64,000 nucleotides of DNA, taken from NCBI RefSeq assembly GCF_009914755.1, contig NC_060943.1; one strand, given 5' to 3'. Each line of letters starts with the position of its first letter. Position 1 is the stretch's first letter. Source of the stretch: the human T2T-CHM13v2.0 reference genome, Homo sapiens. Position numbers and translations under genes: made by a program. The notes beneath the pieces were generated by a model that was given only the letters and a program-made list of their open reading frames with translations, was not told the origin of the DNA and did no database searches. Of this stretch, positions 29,323 to 46,309 are shown one piece after another.

Positions 29323-30887
29323 TTTGCAATAATTCCTATTGTTTTGCATAAAACAGCTGTAGAAAGCTTTGCAGGTCATGAACAGCATAGCTGGCCACTG
29401 AGGCTGGTGTGGGGCTAGGACCTGGGTGCACAGGGAACAGGTATGAGACACAGGCTCTTCATGCCTGCACACATATACGGATACACACAGATGCAAATTT
29501 CTGAGCCATCTAAATACAACACCTATTCAAAAAATTAAACAGAAAAAGGAAATGTAATGGAGCTAAAGGATAAGGGTAGGTGGGCGGCTGCTCAGGAGGA
29601 CTGTGGAGGCCACATCACCCAAACTTTGAGGCCTCTCTTAGCAGCTGGAGTGCATCCCGGAGACTTGGGAACTCTGGAAAGAGGAGCAGGAGAGGGCCAT
29701 GGCCAGAGGAGGCCCGAAAAAGATCATCTCTGACACAGAGAAGAAGCTGGCTCGGATGCTGGTGGCCACTGTGGAGACAGGTAGACCCAGGGAGACAACT
29801 GTATGCATTCAAGGAGGAATGGGTGGTGATGCAAACCTAGGTGGAGGCCACAGGTTGCAGAAGACAGGACACAACAGAGAGAGATGTAGGACATGGAAAG
29901 GACAGAAAGGAGTGATCACCGGACGTAAAGGGGCAAGGAAAGTGGAAGCATGAGAGCATCTGCTGGGCATCTGGCTGAGGGGTCATGTGCCCAGGGTGCC
30001 CTTCCCTAAGGGAGAACCCAGGACAGGAGCAGATTCAGAAAAAACCTCCCAGCTCACTCCAGCAAGAAGCAGAAAAGGGACTGGTTAAAGGACAGGGTAG
30101 GAAGGTCACCAAGCTCCAATGGCCCTCATGAAGCCAGCTTGGAGGCCACAGGGCCCAGGGCAAGGACCAAACCACAGGCACAGGACAGCTCTGGTCAAGA
30201 CCTTCTGGCTACCGCAGGAGGCAGAAACCACACCCTGCACCCTGCACTGCTGAGGCTGGCCCTGGGGTCCAGAAGCTTCTACACCAGAAGCTTCTGTCCC
30301 CGATCCCCACTCAAAAAATTAAAACAAAAACAAAAAGCAAATCGGTGCCATGCACCCTCTGCTTCCTGGTGCTGTTCAGGATCCTGAGTCTTTCACGGGA
30401 GCACCTAATGGGGAAAGCCTGGACCCGTGTCGGTGTCCCTCCTGCAAGGAGTGCTGGGAAAATGAACTTTCCGGCTTCCTCCTTGGGAAAGAAGAACATT
30501 CCCCATGTGTACTGGTGGCATTTAAAAACTGCAGGGCAGCCAGAGAACATGCACCGTGTTCCACCAGGAGAGTTTCCAGCGGGATGTCCCGGTGAAGATG
30601 CCCGTCCCAAGGTGGGTATTTGAGCTGAGGAACTGAGAAGCTGTTTTCTGCCTAGAGTTAGAGATCCGAGAGGCATCAGCACATGGAAGGGAGGGAAGCT
30701 ATGATGCCTCCAGGGTGGGAGATCAGATGAACCAGGAGAGGCAGGGCCCGGGAGGAACCCCGGGGAGCAGCCGCCTTTAAAGCCTGGGGGAAGTAGCTTC
30801 AGAGAAGGTGGGGCAGGTTGGGTGGGGGGTGCTGGAAAAATATAATTAAGAAAGAAATTTCTGCTCATCCCAGAAACCCCCATCACA

Positions 30888-31740
30888 TCCGTAGACGTAA
30901 AAGAAACCTGTCTTATGATTAAGCATTAAGCCAAAATGTGATGCAATCTGCTGAGAGATGACAAAGTCAGAAATAAATCCCACTTTGGATCCAGCCAAGC
31001 AGGTGCAACCCGTTACACACATGGTCTCCAGATAGACGGTGACTAGTTTCCAGTTGAAAGGACTCAATGGCACCATTTGTCACACATAGTTCATCCTAAA
31101 TTCACCCAGTAAGTGGGTTGATTCTCTGTGTGGTTAATTGGCTTTATCTACAGGAAAAACAAACCTCTTATCTATGACAGGAGATAGTTTTGCAACTGGG
31201 AGTGAGATGCCCCAAGAACTGAGGTTCCTTCCTTCTCACAGAAACTGGGAGACAGGGGCGCCTTCTGCCCGGATGCCTGCCTTTCAAAGAGAGGTCTCCT
31301 ATGGCCTTGAGGAGGACAGTTCTGGGTTGGCAGGCAAGATGTTTATGTATGCTTTAGAAAGCTTTACATACATCTTCAAGGGCTAGAGAAAGAATTTTCA
31401 ATTACCTCTTCTAAAAAATAAATGCTCTCAAAGTCCAGCCTAGGCTACATAGCAAGATCCAATCTCCACACACACAATAATAATAATCAATTTGCTGGGC
31501 ATAGTGGGGTGTGCGTGTAGTCCCAGCTACTCAGGAGGCTAAGGAGGGAGGATCACCTGAGCCCAGGAAGTTAAGGCTGCAGTAAGCTTGGATGGCACCA
31601 CTGCACTCCAGCCTGGGTGACAGAGGGAGACTCTGTCAATGAATGAATGAATGAATAAATGAATAAATGAATGAATAGAAAATGCTCTGAGCGAAAAGAG
31701 GAGAGTCTCTTTATCTTTTTGCAACAGGCTAAACAAAATT
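30888..31740 (-). mobile_element. ERV1 LTR (MER67-like) with a partial AluJ at 31431-31680
   Basis: cacagaaactgggagacaggggcgc and tttcaaagagaggtctcc motifs; subfamily uncertain. Confidence 0.55.
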
Positions 31741-32906
31741 TTTAAAAATGTATATTTGCCTCACAGAGATTATTCCAGGAAAAGAAATGGCCCTCAGTGT
31801 CAAAGGATGCAAAACTAACCTGTGAGTTCCTGGCAGGTTTAGCAATAAAGGAGGATGTTGCTGATCTCAGTACAAGCAATGTTAGAGAAAGGGGAAGATG
31901 GAAGTGGACGAGGACCAGTGAGTGGAAGGTGACAAATGGAAGCAAAGAAACCCATCCAGACCATTGAAGATGCTTGAGCGAGAAGAAAGAGGCGGTGGAG
32001 GGAATGGAAGCCCGAGGAAGTCATTTGTTGCAATAGGATGCCTCAGAGCACGTGTAGGGTGCGGGGCAGAGCCCATGCAGAGGGGCTGTGGAAGGCTGGC
32101 AGGGTGCAGGTGGCCCCACTCTCCGTCACCCTGAGGAATATGTGGTCAGAGTTAAAGCTCAGTCTGTTTCTGGGATCAGGTAAGAGGTGAGCGTCCGGAG
32201 AAGAGAGGTGGATCTTCAGATCCTGCAGACCTCCACCGCGCCCTCTGTCCCTCTTGACTGCTTTTTCTCCATCTCCATTGTCTGGCTCACATTCGTGTCA
32301 CTTTTTCATTTCTCCCTACCCCTCTTTTCTCTTTTCTCCTCTCTTTTTCTTAACCCTTATACCTTTGGAAGTCCCACTAATAGAATTTAAACAGCTTTTC
32401 AAGTTGGTTTTTTGTTCCCAGAAATTGACTTTAGACTCTCCATGAATAATGTGGAAATCAAACGAGTATAAGCTGATTCACGTCTCTGCAAATGAACAAA
32501 TAAAGTCTACATTCCAATGCTTTCTTTTTCCAGAGTAGCCCACATTTGATTTTTTTTTTTTAATTACTGTCACTTGCAATAGATTTTTAAATCTTGTAAC
32601 CTGGTTACACAAATACCATGGGGCCAAAGACTTACTTCCTGTAAGAGGAAACCAGGCTTGACTAGCCTCATGCTGGCTTTGAAGAAGTAAAATCAGGGGT
32701 TGATGAATTTGCATAGGGTAAATATCAAAGATCGAAAGTCAACAATAGGTGGTAGAGGGAATACCCCAAATTATAAAAAAAGAAACTGTTTAAGCCACAA
32801 TAGAATTATCGTAGAAATAAACCATGGTCCTTCCTGCTAAAATATTCCACTTAGAATTGTAAAATATTCTTCTCAATAACTCCTGAAAGAGCGTATTAAG
32901 AAATTA

Positions 32907-33224
<318 letters not shown>

Positions 33225-34031
33225 CTAACAAATGTAAGAGCGTCTATGTTCCAAATCCGGTGTATTATTTTATGCAGCCTTTCACAAGCTCTAAAAGATT
33301 CACTGTGCAGAACTGGAGGTTCTAGAGAAAGACCACGCCTCCTCCTACAGGTAACTCTTGATTCAGGAAGCAGCTCTTGGCTTATCCCTGGGCTTAGTGG
33401 AATTCAAATACCTGACCATAGGACACCAAGGGCTTTGGGACCTGAAAGGCACATCATGTCCTGGTGACATCTGAGTTACCTGGGGCATGCACAGCCAGCC
33501 TCCAGCATCCCAGGGAGAGCTGTGTATGGGGTCAGGCTCAAGCAGGTCCCAGGGCACCAGTGACCCAATGGGTGACTCAGACTCCCATGGCACCTGCTCC
33601 TTCTGTTTCTCCCTCCACCATATATATGAGCTCATGGGAAACACTGTGTGACCTCTTACAGAGGAGGAAAGTGCATGGACTTCCAGTTTCTAGAACTGTG
33701 ATACAATAAACTCCTGTTGCTTATCTACTCCTCTACAGTATTTTGTCATGGCAGCCCTAGCAAACTACTACAGGGACTGTGAGGGTTAAGATGACACCAA
33801 ACATCAAATGCCACTCCCTGTTCCAACACTGAGACCATTCCACAGCCTCTGAATGACAAGACAGGCCTTCAAAATCAAGACCACCTGGCTAGGTAAGAAG
33901 TACTTTAGTCACACCACTTCTGAACTTTCTCGCCTACCTGCAGGGCAGGAATTTTTACCATTTTCAAATGAGGACACTGAAGCCCAGAGAAGTAGTGCTA
34001 TTTCCTGATGGATAAGAGGTGATATATTTCA

Positions 34032-34734
<703 letters not shown>

Positions 34735-35362
34735 CTAGACTAAAAGATCAGGGAAGAGTTTCCTGAAGAGAAAGTGAGCTATGATGGGCCCACTGTACTC
34801 CAGCCTGGGCAACGTAATGAGGCTCTGTCTCAAGAAAAACATGCAGAATAAAACCACAAAAAGATACCACTACAGAACCATTAGAATGGCTAAGATTAAA
34901 AAGAGTGACCACGCCAAGTGTTGGCAAGGATGTGGAGGCACTGGAATGTTCATGCTGCTGGTGGGAATGTAAGATGGTACAACTGCTATGGAAAGCAGTC
35001 TGGCAGCCTCTAAAAATTTCAGCATACACCCACCATGCAACTCGGCAATTCCATTGCATTCCCACATTTTTTTTAGTTAAAGGAAAATCAAGTGTAATGA
35101 TCTTTAAAGCATTTTTGCCTGACAAATAGATGAAATGTGGGTAGTAGCCCAACACTCCCTGGTCAGTCTATACAGGGCATATGTGGCCTCATGGCCCCCA
35201 GGAAATATGGCTGTTTCCACAAGTGCTGAGTCCACTCTCTCCATCAATCCTAAGATGTTAGTTCCACAGCACTGCCAGCATTGGGCTTTGTCTATTTCTT
35301 TCTTTGTCATTTTTGAGACGGGGTCTTTCTCTGTCACCCAGGCTGAAGTGCAGTGATGCAAT

Positions 35363-37160
<1,798 letters not shown>

Positions 37161-37759
37161 GGCAGCAGATGGGTATGCATGCTCATTCAGGTGTTCTTCC
37201 CTTATTGAAGATTAGTAACATCACATGTGTTGAAAAGCATTTGGGATTATTTACTTAATTGATGAGTACTCATTTATTTTTATGTTAATTTGATACCACA
37301 TATAAACAATATATTAACATAGGTAGGGGCATATACATATGTGATATGTGATACAACATAGAACATATACATGTGCACATAAAGATAGAGGGAGACAGAA
37401 ACACTTCAGATTTTTTATTTTAAAACTTTATGCATGAACCCAAAAAACTCACTGTTAAAAAAAAGACAGCTGGATTTAAATTGTGCTTTTGTAAATAGAA
37501 AAAGATAACATTTATCTGAGGAAGTCCTTGCTGAGTTTTAGAGAAAGTAGGTAGTAAATTTACATCTCAAAGCACGCACACACCCCCACACACACAGAGA
37601 GAGAGAGAGAGAGAAGGAATTTGGGTGTGTTCAAGGAAGATTAAAAGTAGATGCCAAGGTAACACAAAAATGATAGAAATTTATAACAGCATTTTATAAG
37701 GAGACCAGTTTTATTTACATACATAGCTTTTATTTTGGTCTCTGTTTTCCAACTGTACT

Positions 37760-38120
37760 CCAGGAAACACACTACACAGGCTCCCTTTTTAAGTGCTGGT
37801 GGGCCAATGCACATGCAGACAGCCCACTTTAAGGGAAGAATCAGGGGAGAAGAGATGCAGACCCCAGAATTACGCCAACATAAAAAACCTAAGTCAAAGG
37901 TCAAACCCACACTTGAAATCTCATCGCCTGTTTCACCCTGTTTTCAGTGTACTTTACTTTCTTTAATTTCTGCTCTAAAGCTTTTAAATAAACTTTCACT
38001 CTTGCTCTAAAATTTGCCTATGTCTCTTCTTCTGCCTTATGATGCTTAGTTGAATTCTTTCTTCTGAAGAAGCAAGAATTGAGGCTGCTGCAGACTTGTA
38101 TAGATTTGCTGCCATTAATA
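37760..38120 (+). mobile_element. MER50 LTR, 3' part, amid ERV1-internal fragments
   Basis: aagggaagaatcaggggagaag...gcaagaattgaggctgctgcagac. Confidence 0.75.
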
Positions 38121-38529
38121 TACTTTAGTGCCATTCTACATGATAGAATATATATACTCTTATATTTATACATATATATATGTAAAATATGTATTCATAG
38201 AGGCCTTGAATCTACATTCTTGCTGCAGTTTATGTAAACAATCCAGGTATAAGACTAAAACTTATTTTGGAAATACATTGGTCCCATATGATTTCTGTTT
38301 CATAAAAATGGGAGACAGGAGGGGGAAAATTATTTTTCAGAAGAAAACAACAAAACAACGGCTATTAAATTTGTTCATTTTTTTTTTAATTTTGTTATTT
38401 ACCTACAATTTGGACTGAATCCTAAATTTTTTCCTGGCTACAAATTTCAAAACTAATGGTTTCAGAATTTTCTCCCATTTTTCTTCCATTTTGGTATATT
38501 ATAAATTAAAACTGTGATTTTTAAATTTT

Positions 38530-39452
38530 TATCTTTTTTTTATTACACTTTTAAGTTCTGGGATACATGTGCAGAACCTGCAGGTTTGTTACATAGGTAT
38601 ACACGTGCCATGGTGTTTTGCTGCACCCATTAACCCATCATCTACATTAGGTATTTCTCCTAATGCTATAACTCCCCTGGTCCCCCACCCCTCAACAGGT
38701 CCCAGTGTGTGATATTCCCCTCCCTGTGTCCATGTGTTCTCATTGTTCAACTCCCACTTATGAGTGAGTACATGCAGTGTTTGGTTTTCTGTTCCTGTGT
38801 TAGTTTGCTGAGAATGGTGGTTTCCAGCTTCATCCATGTCCCTGCAAAGGATATGAACTCATCCTTTTTTATGGCTGCATTGAATTCCATGGTGTATATG
38901 TACCACATTTTCTTTATCCAGTCTATCATTGATAGGCATTTGGGTTGGTTCCAAGTCTTTGCTATTGTGAATAGTGCAGCAATAAACATATGTGTGCATG
39001 TGTCTTTATAGTAGAGTGACCTATAATCCTTTGGGTATATACCCAGTAATGGGATTACTGGGTCAAATGGTATTTCTTGTTCTAGTTCCTTGAGGAATCA
39101 CCACACTGTCTTTCACAATGGTTGAACTAATTTACACTCCCATCAACAGTGTAAAAGCGTTCCTATTTCTCCACATCCTCTCCAGCATCTGTTATTTCCT
39201 GACCTTTTAATGATCACCATTCTAACTGGCATGAGATGGTATCTCATTGTGGTTTTGATTTGCATTTCTCTAATGACCAGTGATGATGAGCTTTTTTTCG
39301 TATGTTTTTTGGTCACATAAATTTCTTATTTTGAGAAGTGTCTGTTCATGTGCTTTGCCCACTTTTTGATGGGCTTGTTTGGTTTTTTTCCTTGTAAATT
39401 TGTTTAAGTTTCTTGTAGATTCTGGATATTAGCCTTCTGTCAGATGGATAGA
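38530..39452 (-). mobile_element. L1PA 3' end (5'-truncated)
   Basis: MFIAALFTIAKTWNQPKC...HCMYSLISGS* plus L1PA 3'UTR and tail. Confidence 0.92.
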
Positions 39453-39961
39453 TTAAAGCTTGCAAGCTGAAACTCAACAACTTATGTAAACTTCTGGAGA
39501 AATCACAGCAACTTACATATAAACAACCCTTGTGCCTGCTGATGTGTGGACTACAGAAAAGGTACACATGAACACTGTATTCAGACTGCAATTTAGAGAA
39601 ATGTGTCAGATTACCACTGCAATTGGAAGATGCTTCAGAAACTCTAGAAAACCTAGTCTATAGACTGCTCCAGACATTACAGGTGAGCCAAGATACAACT
39701 GAAAGGGTTAGAGTGGTGTTTGCTAAACGAATTGCTCTAATTGAAGCAGCAGTTGTGTGACTTTAATAAGGTTCCAGGATTATACTGTCCCTTTGTTGCT
39801 GTGACTTCCCTTTGCCCTTTTCTGATTTGTCTTTATCCCTTTTCCATGGGACATGACTTCTTAAGAATGAGCCTTCCTAGTGATGCAGGATCAGATGAAA
39901 CTTACAGTCACAAAGTCATGTCTTCTACAATGTTTTGTCTGAAAGCTTTTGAAGAATTGGG

Positions 39962-40270
39962 GGGCCAGCTGTGCTGGCACAGGCCTGTAATCCCAGCACG
40001 TTGAGAGTCCAAGGCAGGAGGATCACTTGAAACCAGGAGTTTAAGACCAGCCTGAGCAACAAAGGGAGACCATGTCTCTGCAAAACATAAAATAAATCAA
40101 ATTAGCCAGGTGCAGTTGTGCATGCTTCTAGTCTCAGATACTTGGGAGGCTAAGGCGGGAGGACCGCTTCAGCCCAGGAGTTCAAGGCTGTAGTGAGTGC
40201 ACTCCAGTCTGGGTGACAGAGCAAGGTTGTGTCTCTAAAAGAAAAAAAAAAAAAGAAAAGAAAAAGAAAA
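39962..40270 (+). mobile_element. AluJ
   Basis: Diverged Alu with A tail. Confidence 0.85.
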
Positions 40271-40329
40271 AGAACGGGGTAAACAGGAAAGCCAAAAATC
40301 TTGGGCATCTCCAGTTGATTGCCTGAACG

Positions 40330-40720
40330 AATTGTTTTTTCTTGGCTTCAAAACCTTTCAAGATGTATATATCTTTGTAAAAGAAAGACATGCCAATTGT
40401 AACTTTAAGTGAGCAATCAAAATCTAGCTCCTAAAACTGAAGTATTTTAACTCTCATTCTGATAATATTTATTTTCTGAGGCACAGAAGAAAGACAAGAT
40501 TAGATTAATTGTTTTTCTGCCCACTCCATCTCTTCCGACCTGCCTTCTCCCCTTTAATCAAATGTATAAATACTAAGCCTCCTGAAATCTCTTCAGAGAA
40601 AACACAAGCCACAGAGATTTTTTGCAACTCATGTTTTCCCAGGGTTCACTCTCAAGCTCTGGCTCAATAAAACTCAATTGGTCAAGACCCTTGCCTCAGT
40701 CAGTCTTTCTGGATAACCAC
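40330..40720 (+). mobile_element. ERV1-type LTR fragment, subfamily unresolved
   Basis: TATA-like tataaata, aataaa and MER4-group-like U5 composition. Confidence 0.45.
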
Positions 40721-42635
40721 CATGAGTCCTGCAAAGCCCTTCAGTAATCTATTGCCTGCCTAGGTGATGTGTACCCAGGTGAGTCAGGTCTTCATGAGTC
40801 AAACACTCGTCTTCCTTTTCTGTCTTTCCCAACCCTACCACTCAGTGCTGTGTGCTCTGATCTGACCCCAGCTCCCAGGTTGTTTGTATTGGTCTAAGAA
40901 AGCAAGACCAGGAGGGGCAGGTTGAGAAGGAAGTAAGAGGCCAACAGCCATGGAAAGTGGCACGTGGGGCTGTCATTGCTCAAAACCACATACCCTGGGT
41001 GCATTTTGTGAATTTTTCTGGATTCAGAATCTTTTCCCTGTGTGTCTATCTAGAAAATCACCCTCCTCCTACTTTCCTCTCATTACACTTTCTGTTTCTG
41101 GTGCAATCGTTTATGTCCAGAGAATGGCCATGCAAATAGTTGACAATAGAATAAAAAATGACTTTTTGTGAGATTTGGAACCTGGCCTTTCTTTTTTCCA
41201 AAAGAGATTGAGGTTTCTAAAAGCTAGCTTTTATGCAGGGCTGTGCAGTTGTGAGTGTAGTTTTAGGGAACAGGTGCATAAGTGAAGGGTGAGACAGAAA
41301 ACAAAATGCTGGCTGTTTGTCAAATCCTGAAAATAATTTTTGAAGGTGGATGTCATTCAGGAGACCTTGTAAATCTTAGAGTGTCCTCTTACCAGATGAA
41401 GTGGAGGATGAGGTTGAATTATGGAGTTAGGTGACAGTGGGTACATACTTCTCTGCCTCAGTTTTTTTTTTTAATCTGTAAAAATCGGGATGGAGGCACT
41501 TGGGATTTTTTGTGAGGAGTGTAGTTACCTGGAAAGCTCTTACGATAGTGCCTGGTGCATAGTGAGTGCTGCATTAGTGTGAGCTATTATAATTATGGGA
41601 ATAGACAAAGGTGCCACCCTGGCCATCCAGAGTGGGGAGGTATTTTCCAGTCAGGGTCCAGGCAGGCCAGCTGGAGATGAAGCTGATTAGTGGGGAAGCT
41701 TAACTTCCAGGAGTGGAAGAATTTAGGAGGAGTAAACAGAATGCACAACATTCTGTAAACATGCCTTTACCCAACAGTAGGAATACTCAGAGTGGGTGTG
41801 TCTTCCGTGGCAATCATTATCTCCTGGGAATCTAAGAATGTGTCCTAGAGTCAAATGGCTTTGATGTAAGCCAAACCCAGAAATGGACTTCAGGGCTGCC
41901 TGGCACATAGCATTCATTCATCTTGAAAAAGGAAAGCATTCATCTTGCTAAAGGAATCCCCTCTTCTGGCCCAGGCCATTATTTTTGTTTTTGTACTATC
42001 CTAATTTTTAAGATGTAAGGAGAAAGACCGAAGAATAAAATAATGAGGTACATGTATGAAATAACAGGGTAGAATTGAGACTGGTACGTGTAAGTTAAGA
42101 GAAATTGTGTATAAATTTTGTGTGAACAGAAAAAGGATTTCTTGTTGCAAACAGACCTCTCCATATAAATAATACCCATTGCCTTGAGTGGATAGCAGAC
42201 GGCATCACAAGAATATTCCAGCAGAGTCATGAGAGAATGGGTAGTGTGGCTTCTTTAATTGGCAGGTTAGACTGAGTAAGTTACTGAAGAGAAAGGAGTT
42301 GAAGGAGAAGATGGGTGAGGGCAAGAAAAATGGGAAGGTGAAAGGAAAGGACTGAAAGGAATGTTTACCAAGGGCTCATCAGGTACCAGGCTCTGTGACT
42401 AATGTCTCACACATGTTAATTTACTCTTCCACTGTCATTTTCTGATGCAGTAAGTGTCAGCCTTACACTGCAGAAGAGGAAAGAGGCTGAGGGAGGTCAA
42501 ATGAGTGGCCCAGGGTCATCCAGCCACTTCATAGCAGAGCTAGTGTGTTTCACTGTGGTTTGTGCAGACAGAAAAGTGAGACATGGAAGGAAGGCAAAAC
42601 ATTTTTGCTGTGGGTGATGTTTATGAAAGTGACCT

Positions 42636-43195
42636 GTATGAGGCAGAATAATGGCCTCTTAAAAATGTCCACATCCGGGCCAGGCGCGGTGGCTCACGCC
42701 TGTAATCCCAGCACTTTGGGAGGCTGAGAAGGGCAGATCACGAGGTCACCAGTTCGAGATCAGCCTGACCAACATGGTGAAACCCCGTTTCTACTAAAAT
42801 GCAAAAACTAGCTGGGCGTGGTGTCGGGTGCCTGTAATGCCAGCTACTTGGGAGGCTGAGGCAGGAGAATCATTGAACCTGCGAGGCTGAGATTGTAGCG
42901 AGCCAAGATTGTGCCACTGCACTCCAGCTGGGGCAACATGAGTGAAACTCTGTCTCAAAAAAAAAAAAAATCCACATCCTAACTGTTGGAACACATGCCT
43001 TTACTTTTCTTGGCAAAAACACTGTTCAAAGGTGATGAAGTTGAGTATCTTGAGATGGAAACCTTATTCTGGCTTATCTGTGTGGCTCCCAGTGTCATCA
43101 TAAGGGTCCTCTTAGTGAAAGAGAAAGGCAGGAGGGTCAGGGTGAGAATGATGCAGCCTGAGAGACTCCACTGGCCATTGCTTGCTGTGAACATG
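42636..43195 (+). mobile_element. MLT1 5' part with AluS at 42678-42971
   Basis: ggcagaataatggcc...atgtccacatcc; aaaaatgtccacatcc is repeated either side of the Alu. Confidence 0.75.
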
Positions 43196-43315
43196 TGTGA
43201 TAAGACAAAATTACAACGAATTTAGTAATAGATGTAATTGGCTTTTATTTGTGATTTATGATTTGAGGCAGCTCTCCCTCTACAGATGCCTCAGCATCCC
43301 AAGTAGCTGGGACTA

Positions 43316-44416
43316 TATTGCTGGATCTGGCCAGCAGCCTGCAATGCAACAGGGCTCTTTCTTTGTTCCCAGGCAGATCGGCAGGTTGAGAAATAAAAGA
43401 CACAAACAAGATAGTGAAAGCTGGGTCCAGGGGGGTCACCGCCTTCTGATCCTGCGATGCTGCCAATGCACTGGATATACCAGCATTTATTATTAAGTTT
43501 AGTGAGAGTGTTGGTAGGTTAGTGAGGGATTTAGGGTCATTTATATGCTCTCTATAAGGGTCACATTCCATTCCCAGAGCTATGGACATCTGCTTTTCTG
43601 GGATAGGAATCTTGGTTATGTGAAACCTCCCTGACTGCATGTCCGTTCATAGGCTCTCTGCAGGGGGAAGCACATCACGTGCTGTTGGCTCATTCTGGCA
43701 GTCCAACCTTGCATTTGTCTTTTCACAATCCTGCATGCAATTTTGTGTTTACAATAATCAGGTGCATTTCATCTTTTATTCCATAGCAATAGTTTCAGGG
43801 GGTCTCCCTACATCTTCCCCTTTTCTCTGATTTCAATGAACCATAGCAATCATAGCTTGGCACTGATCATGATTGGATTGAAGAATATTTTTTCCAATTT
43901 TACACATGAACAGTAAACCAATAGCACAAATTATACACAGAACAAAATTAATGATAGTGGATCCTCCCAAAGATTTTACCTATTGAATGGGGTTGAGATT
44001 AGATAACCCCTCAGAGATACTGTCTAAAACTTCAGCACTGGGTAAAGCAGTTAAGTGTGCTTGAGAGGCTTCAAGAATCTGTTCTTTCAGCTTGCTTATG
44101 TCTAAACTTAAATTATATTCACTTCCTTGTAAATGGGATTTTACTGATTCCCAATTGTGAACAGACTCATTATATTGGAACAGAGTTATACAAAAATCAG
44201 AAGTATTCCAATCACGTTGCATTTGTAATCTATGTTCTAAACTCATAATTCTGTCTCCCATCCATATAACAGAAGCACATCCCATGCTGTAGGCACATTC
44301 TGGCAGCCCAACCTGGCATTGTCTTTACACAATCCTGCATGCAATTTTGTGTTTACAATAATCAGGAGCATTTCATCTTTTATTCCATAGTGATAGTTTC
44401 AGGGCGTCTCCCTACA
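43316..44416 (-). mobile_element. Internally deleted HERV-K provirus (MER11D / HML-7-like)
   Basis: 3' LTR 43316-43812, PPT 43813-43830, env TM remnant to about 44271, 5' LTR stub 44272-44416; 6-bp TSD ggacta. Confidence 0.85.
43830..44271 (-). pseudogene. HERV-K env TM remnant
   Basis: [37 protein letters not shown]...[21 protein letters not shown] resembles HML-2 Env TM; contains in-frame stops. Confidence 0.9.
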
Positions 44417-45268
44417 GGACTACAGGTGCACGCCACCATGCCCGGCTAATTTTTGTATTTTTAGTAGAGACAGGGTTTCACTATATTGACCAGGCTGGTC
44501 TCGAACTCCTGACCTTGTGATCTGCCTGCCTTGGCCTCCCAAAGTGCTGGGATTACAGATGTAAGCCACTGCGCCCAGCCCATAAATCAAACATTTCTTT
44601 GAGTTTTTGTAATTCCAGCCCAAGAGAAACCATTTGATATTTGAAGAATGGCTGCACACAAACATTTGCACACAAATAAAAACATCTGTAGATTGCACCA
44701 CACGAGGGAGACTACCAGTATGACTATCAGGAGGAAAATATCAAGAGTTTGAAATATGCACCTTAGGCAAGATGCAAACCAACTACAATAGGATAGATCA
44801 AAGAAGAAGCCAGAAGAGTCTAGTCATTTTAACCAGGCAGCACATTTATTGATTTTTACAACTGAGTCTCTATAACACCGGATGTATTTATCTATGTGCA
44901 ACAAGAAGGGCCAGAAACTGCACAGGCTCCCAAATGTTCAGCTGGTAGAGAGCAATTCTATTATCTAGCATTGCATGTCTATGTTAAATTAAAACAGGGA
45001 GTGAGAATAGGCAAGTATAGAAGTGGAAGCCTAAAAAAAACTCCATATATTTGAGGAAAAAGTTGTGTTACAGATGCAGCTAACGTCAGCCTTTGGGTGG
45101 ATTAAAGGATCTCTTGGTATGTAAAAATGTGTGGGCCAGGTGCGGTGGCTCAGGCCTGTAATCCCAGTACTTTGGGAGGCTGAGGCGTACGGATCACCTG
45201 AGGTCGGGAGTTTGAGACCAGCCTGACCAACATGAAGACACCCTGTCTCTACTGAAAATACAAAATTA

Positions 45269-45412
<144 letters not shown>

Positions 45413-46309
45413 TTATAAAAAAAAAAAAAGTGTGGTTGACATGATATATCTGACACTGTTAACTTACTCTCAGAGGCTACTTCTTGTGAAATCCTAAGTA
45501 CAGCATTATTCTGGGAAGCAAAGGAGACAAGCATTAGCAAGGACAAATTCAGAGAGGTAAGAGTCTCATCATGAGTGATAATCTTGTTCTGACATCTTGA
45601 GAAAAGCTGTCCGCAGTATAAAGTCATCAACTTGTTGTCATGGTTTGCAGTTTGAGTGTCTCTAAGTTATGGTGTTGAACATTTCGTGAGCTCTTAGTGG
45701 CCCACACCTCAGACATGAGGGTTTTCCCATGAAATTTACATTGAATTGTCCACCTCCAACTTATATGGCTTCAGGAACAGAGCCGCTCTTGTTCTTAATG
45801 ATTTCATTGGAGAAAATTGAATTGGAAGAACTAAAAGAATTCAGGGTCCAGTCCAGTCTACCAGTGGATTATAAATACTCAGAGATAATGAACAGTGGTT
45901 CAATCTGGTAACAGGTGTACTACAGTTTTTCTTTTCAACATAGTTTTTCTGTCTATAGGAGTCTCTATTTTTACCAAAGATAATTCCAGTAGGATGAATT
46001 TGTTTGCAAAATAGGTTGAGTCTCACCGAACTTGCCCAGATTTTTTAGCTAAGTGCGGCAAGAGTAGCAATGGACAATAGAGGCTCTTTTTAAACTTCTC
46101 TTTGCTAGAAGTTTTTAATAAGAATCTCAGATTAAACTTCCAAAAACCTCTTGAAACTAGGAAGCCAAACCAAGGCCCACTTCAGACTTTGCCTGCATTC
46201 CCTATGGGTTTATTCTATATATATTCTCAAATATAACATCCCAGTCAAAGCCTTGGTAATATAACCAATGTTTTCAAATGTGTCCTGTTATAAAGAGAGC
46301 AGATCCTTA

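Noticed and set aside
30311-30886. 191-aa minus-strand ORF in GC-rich DNA
   Set aside because: Pro/Ser/Gly-rich from base composition; no recognisable product
43980-44285. 101-aa Env-like ORF as a co-opted syncytin/suppressyn-like gene
   Set aside because: Its ATG comes from the LTR stub; no signal peptide, SU or fusion peptide, the first TM-loop Cys is lost and it stops before the membrane anchor
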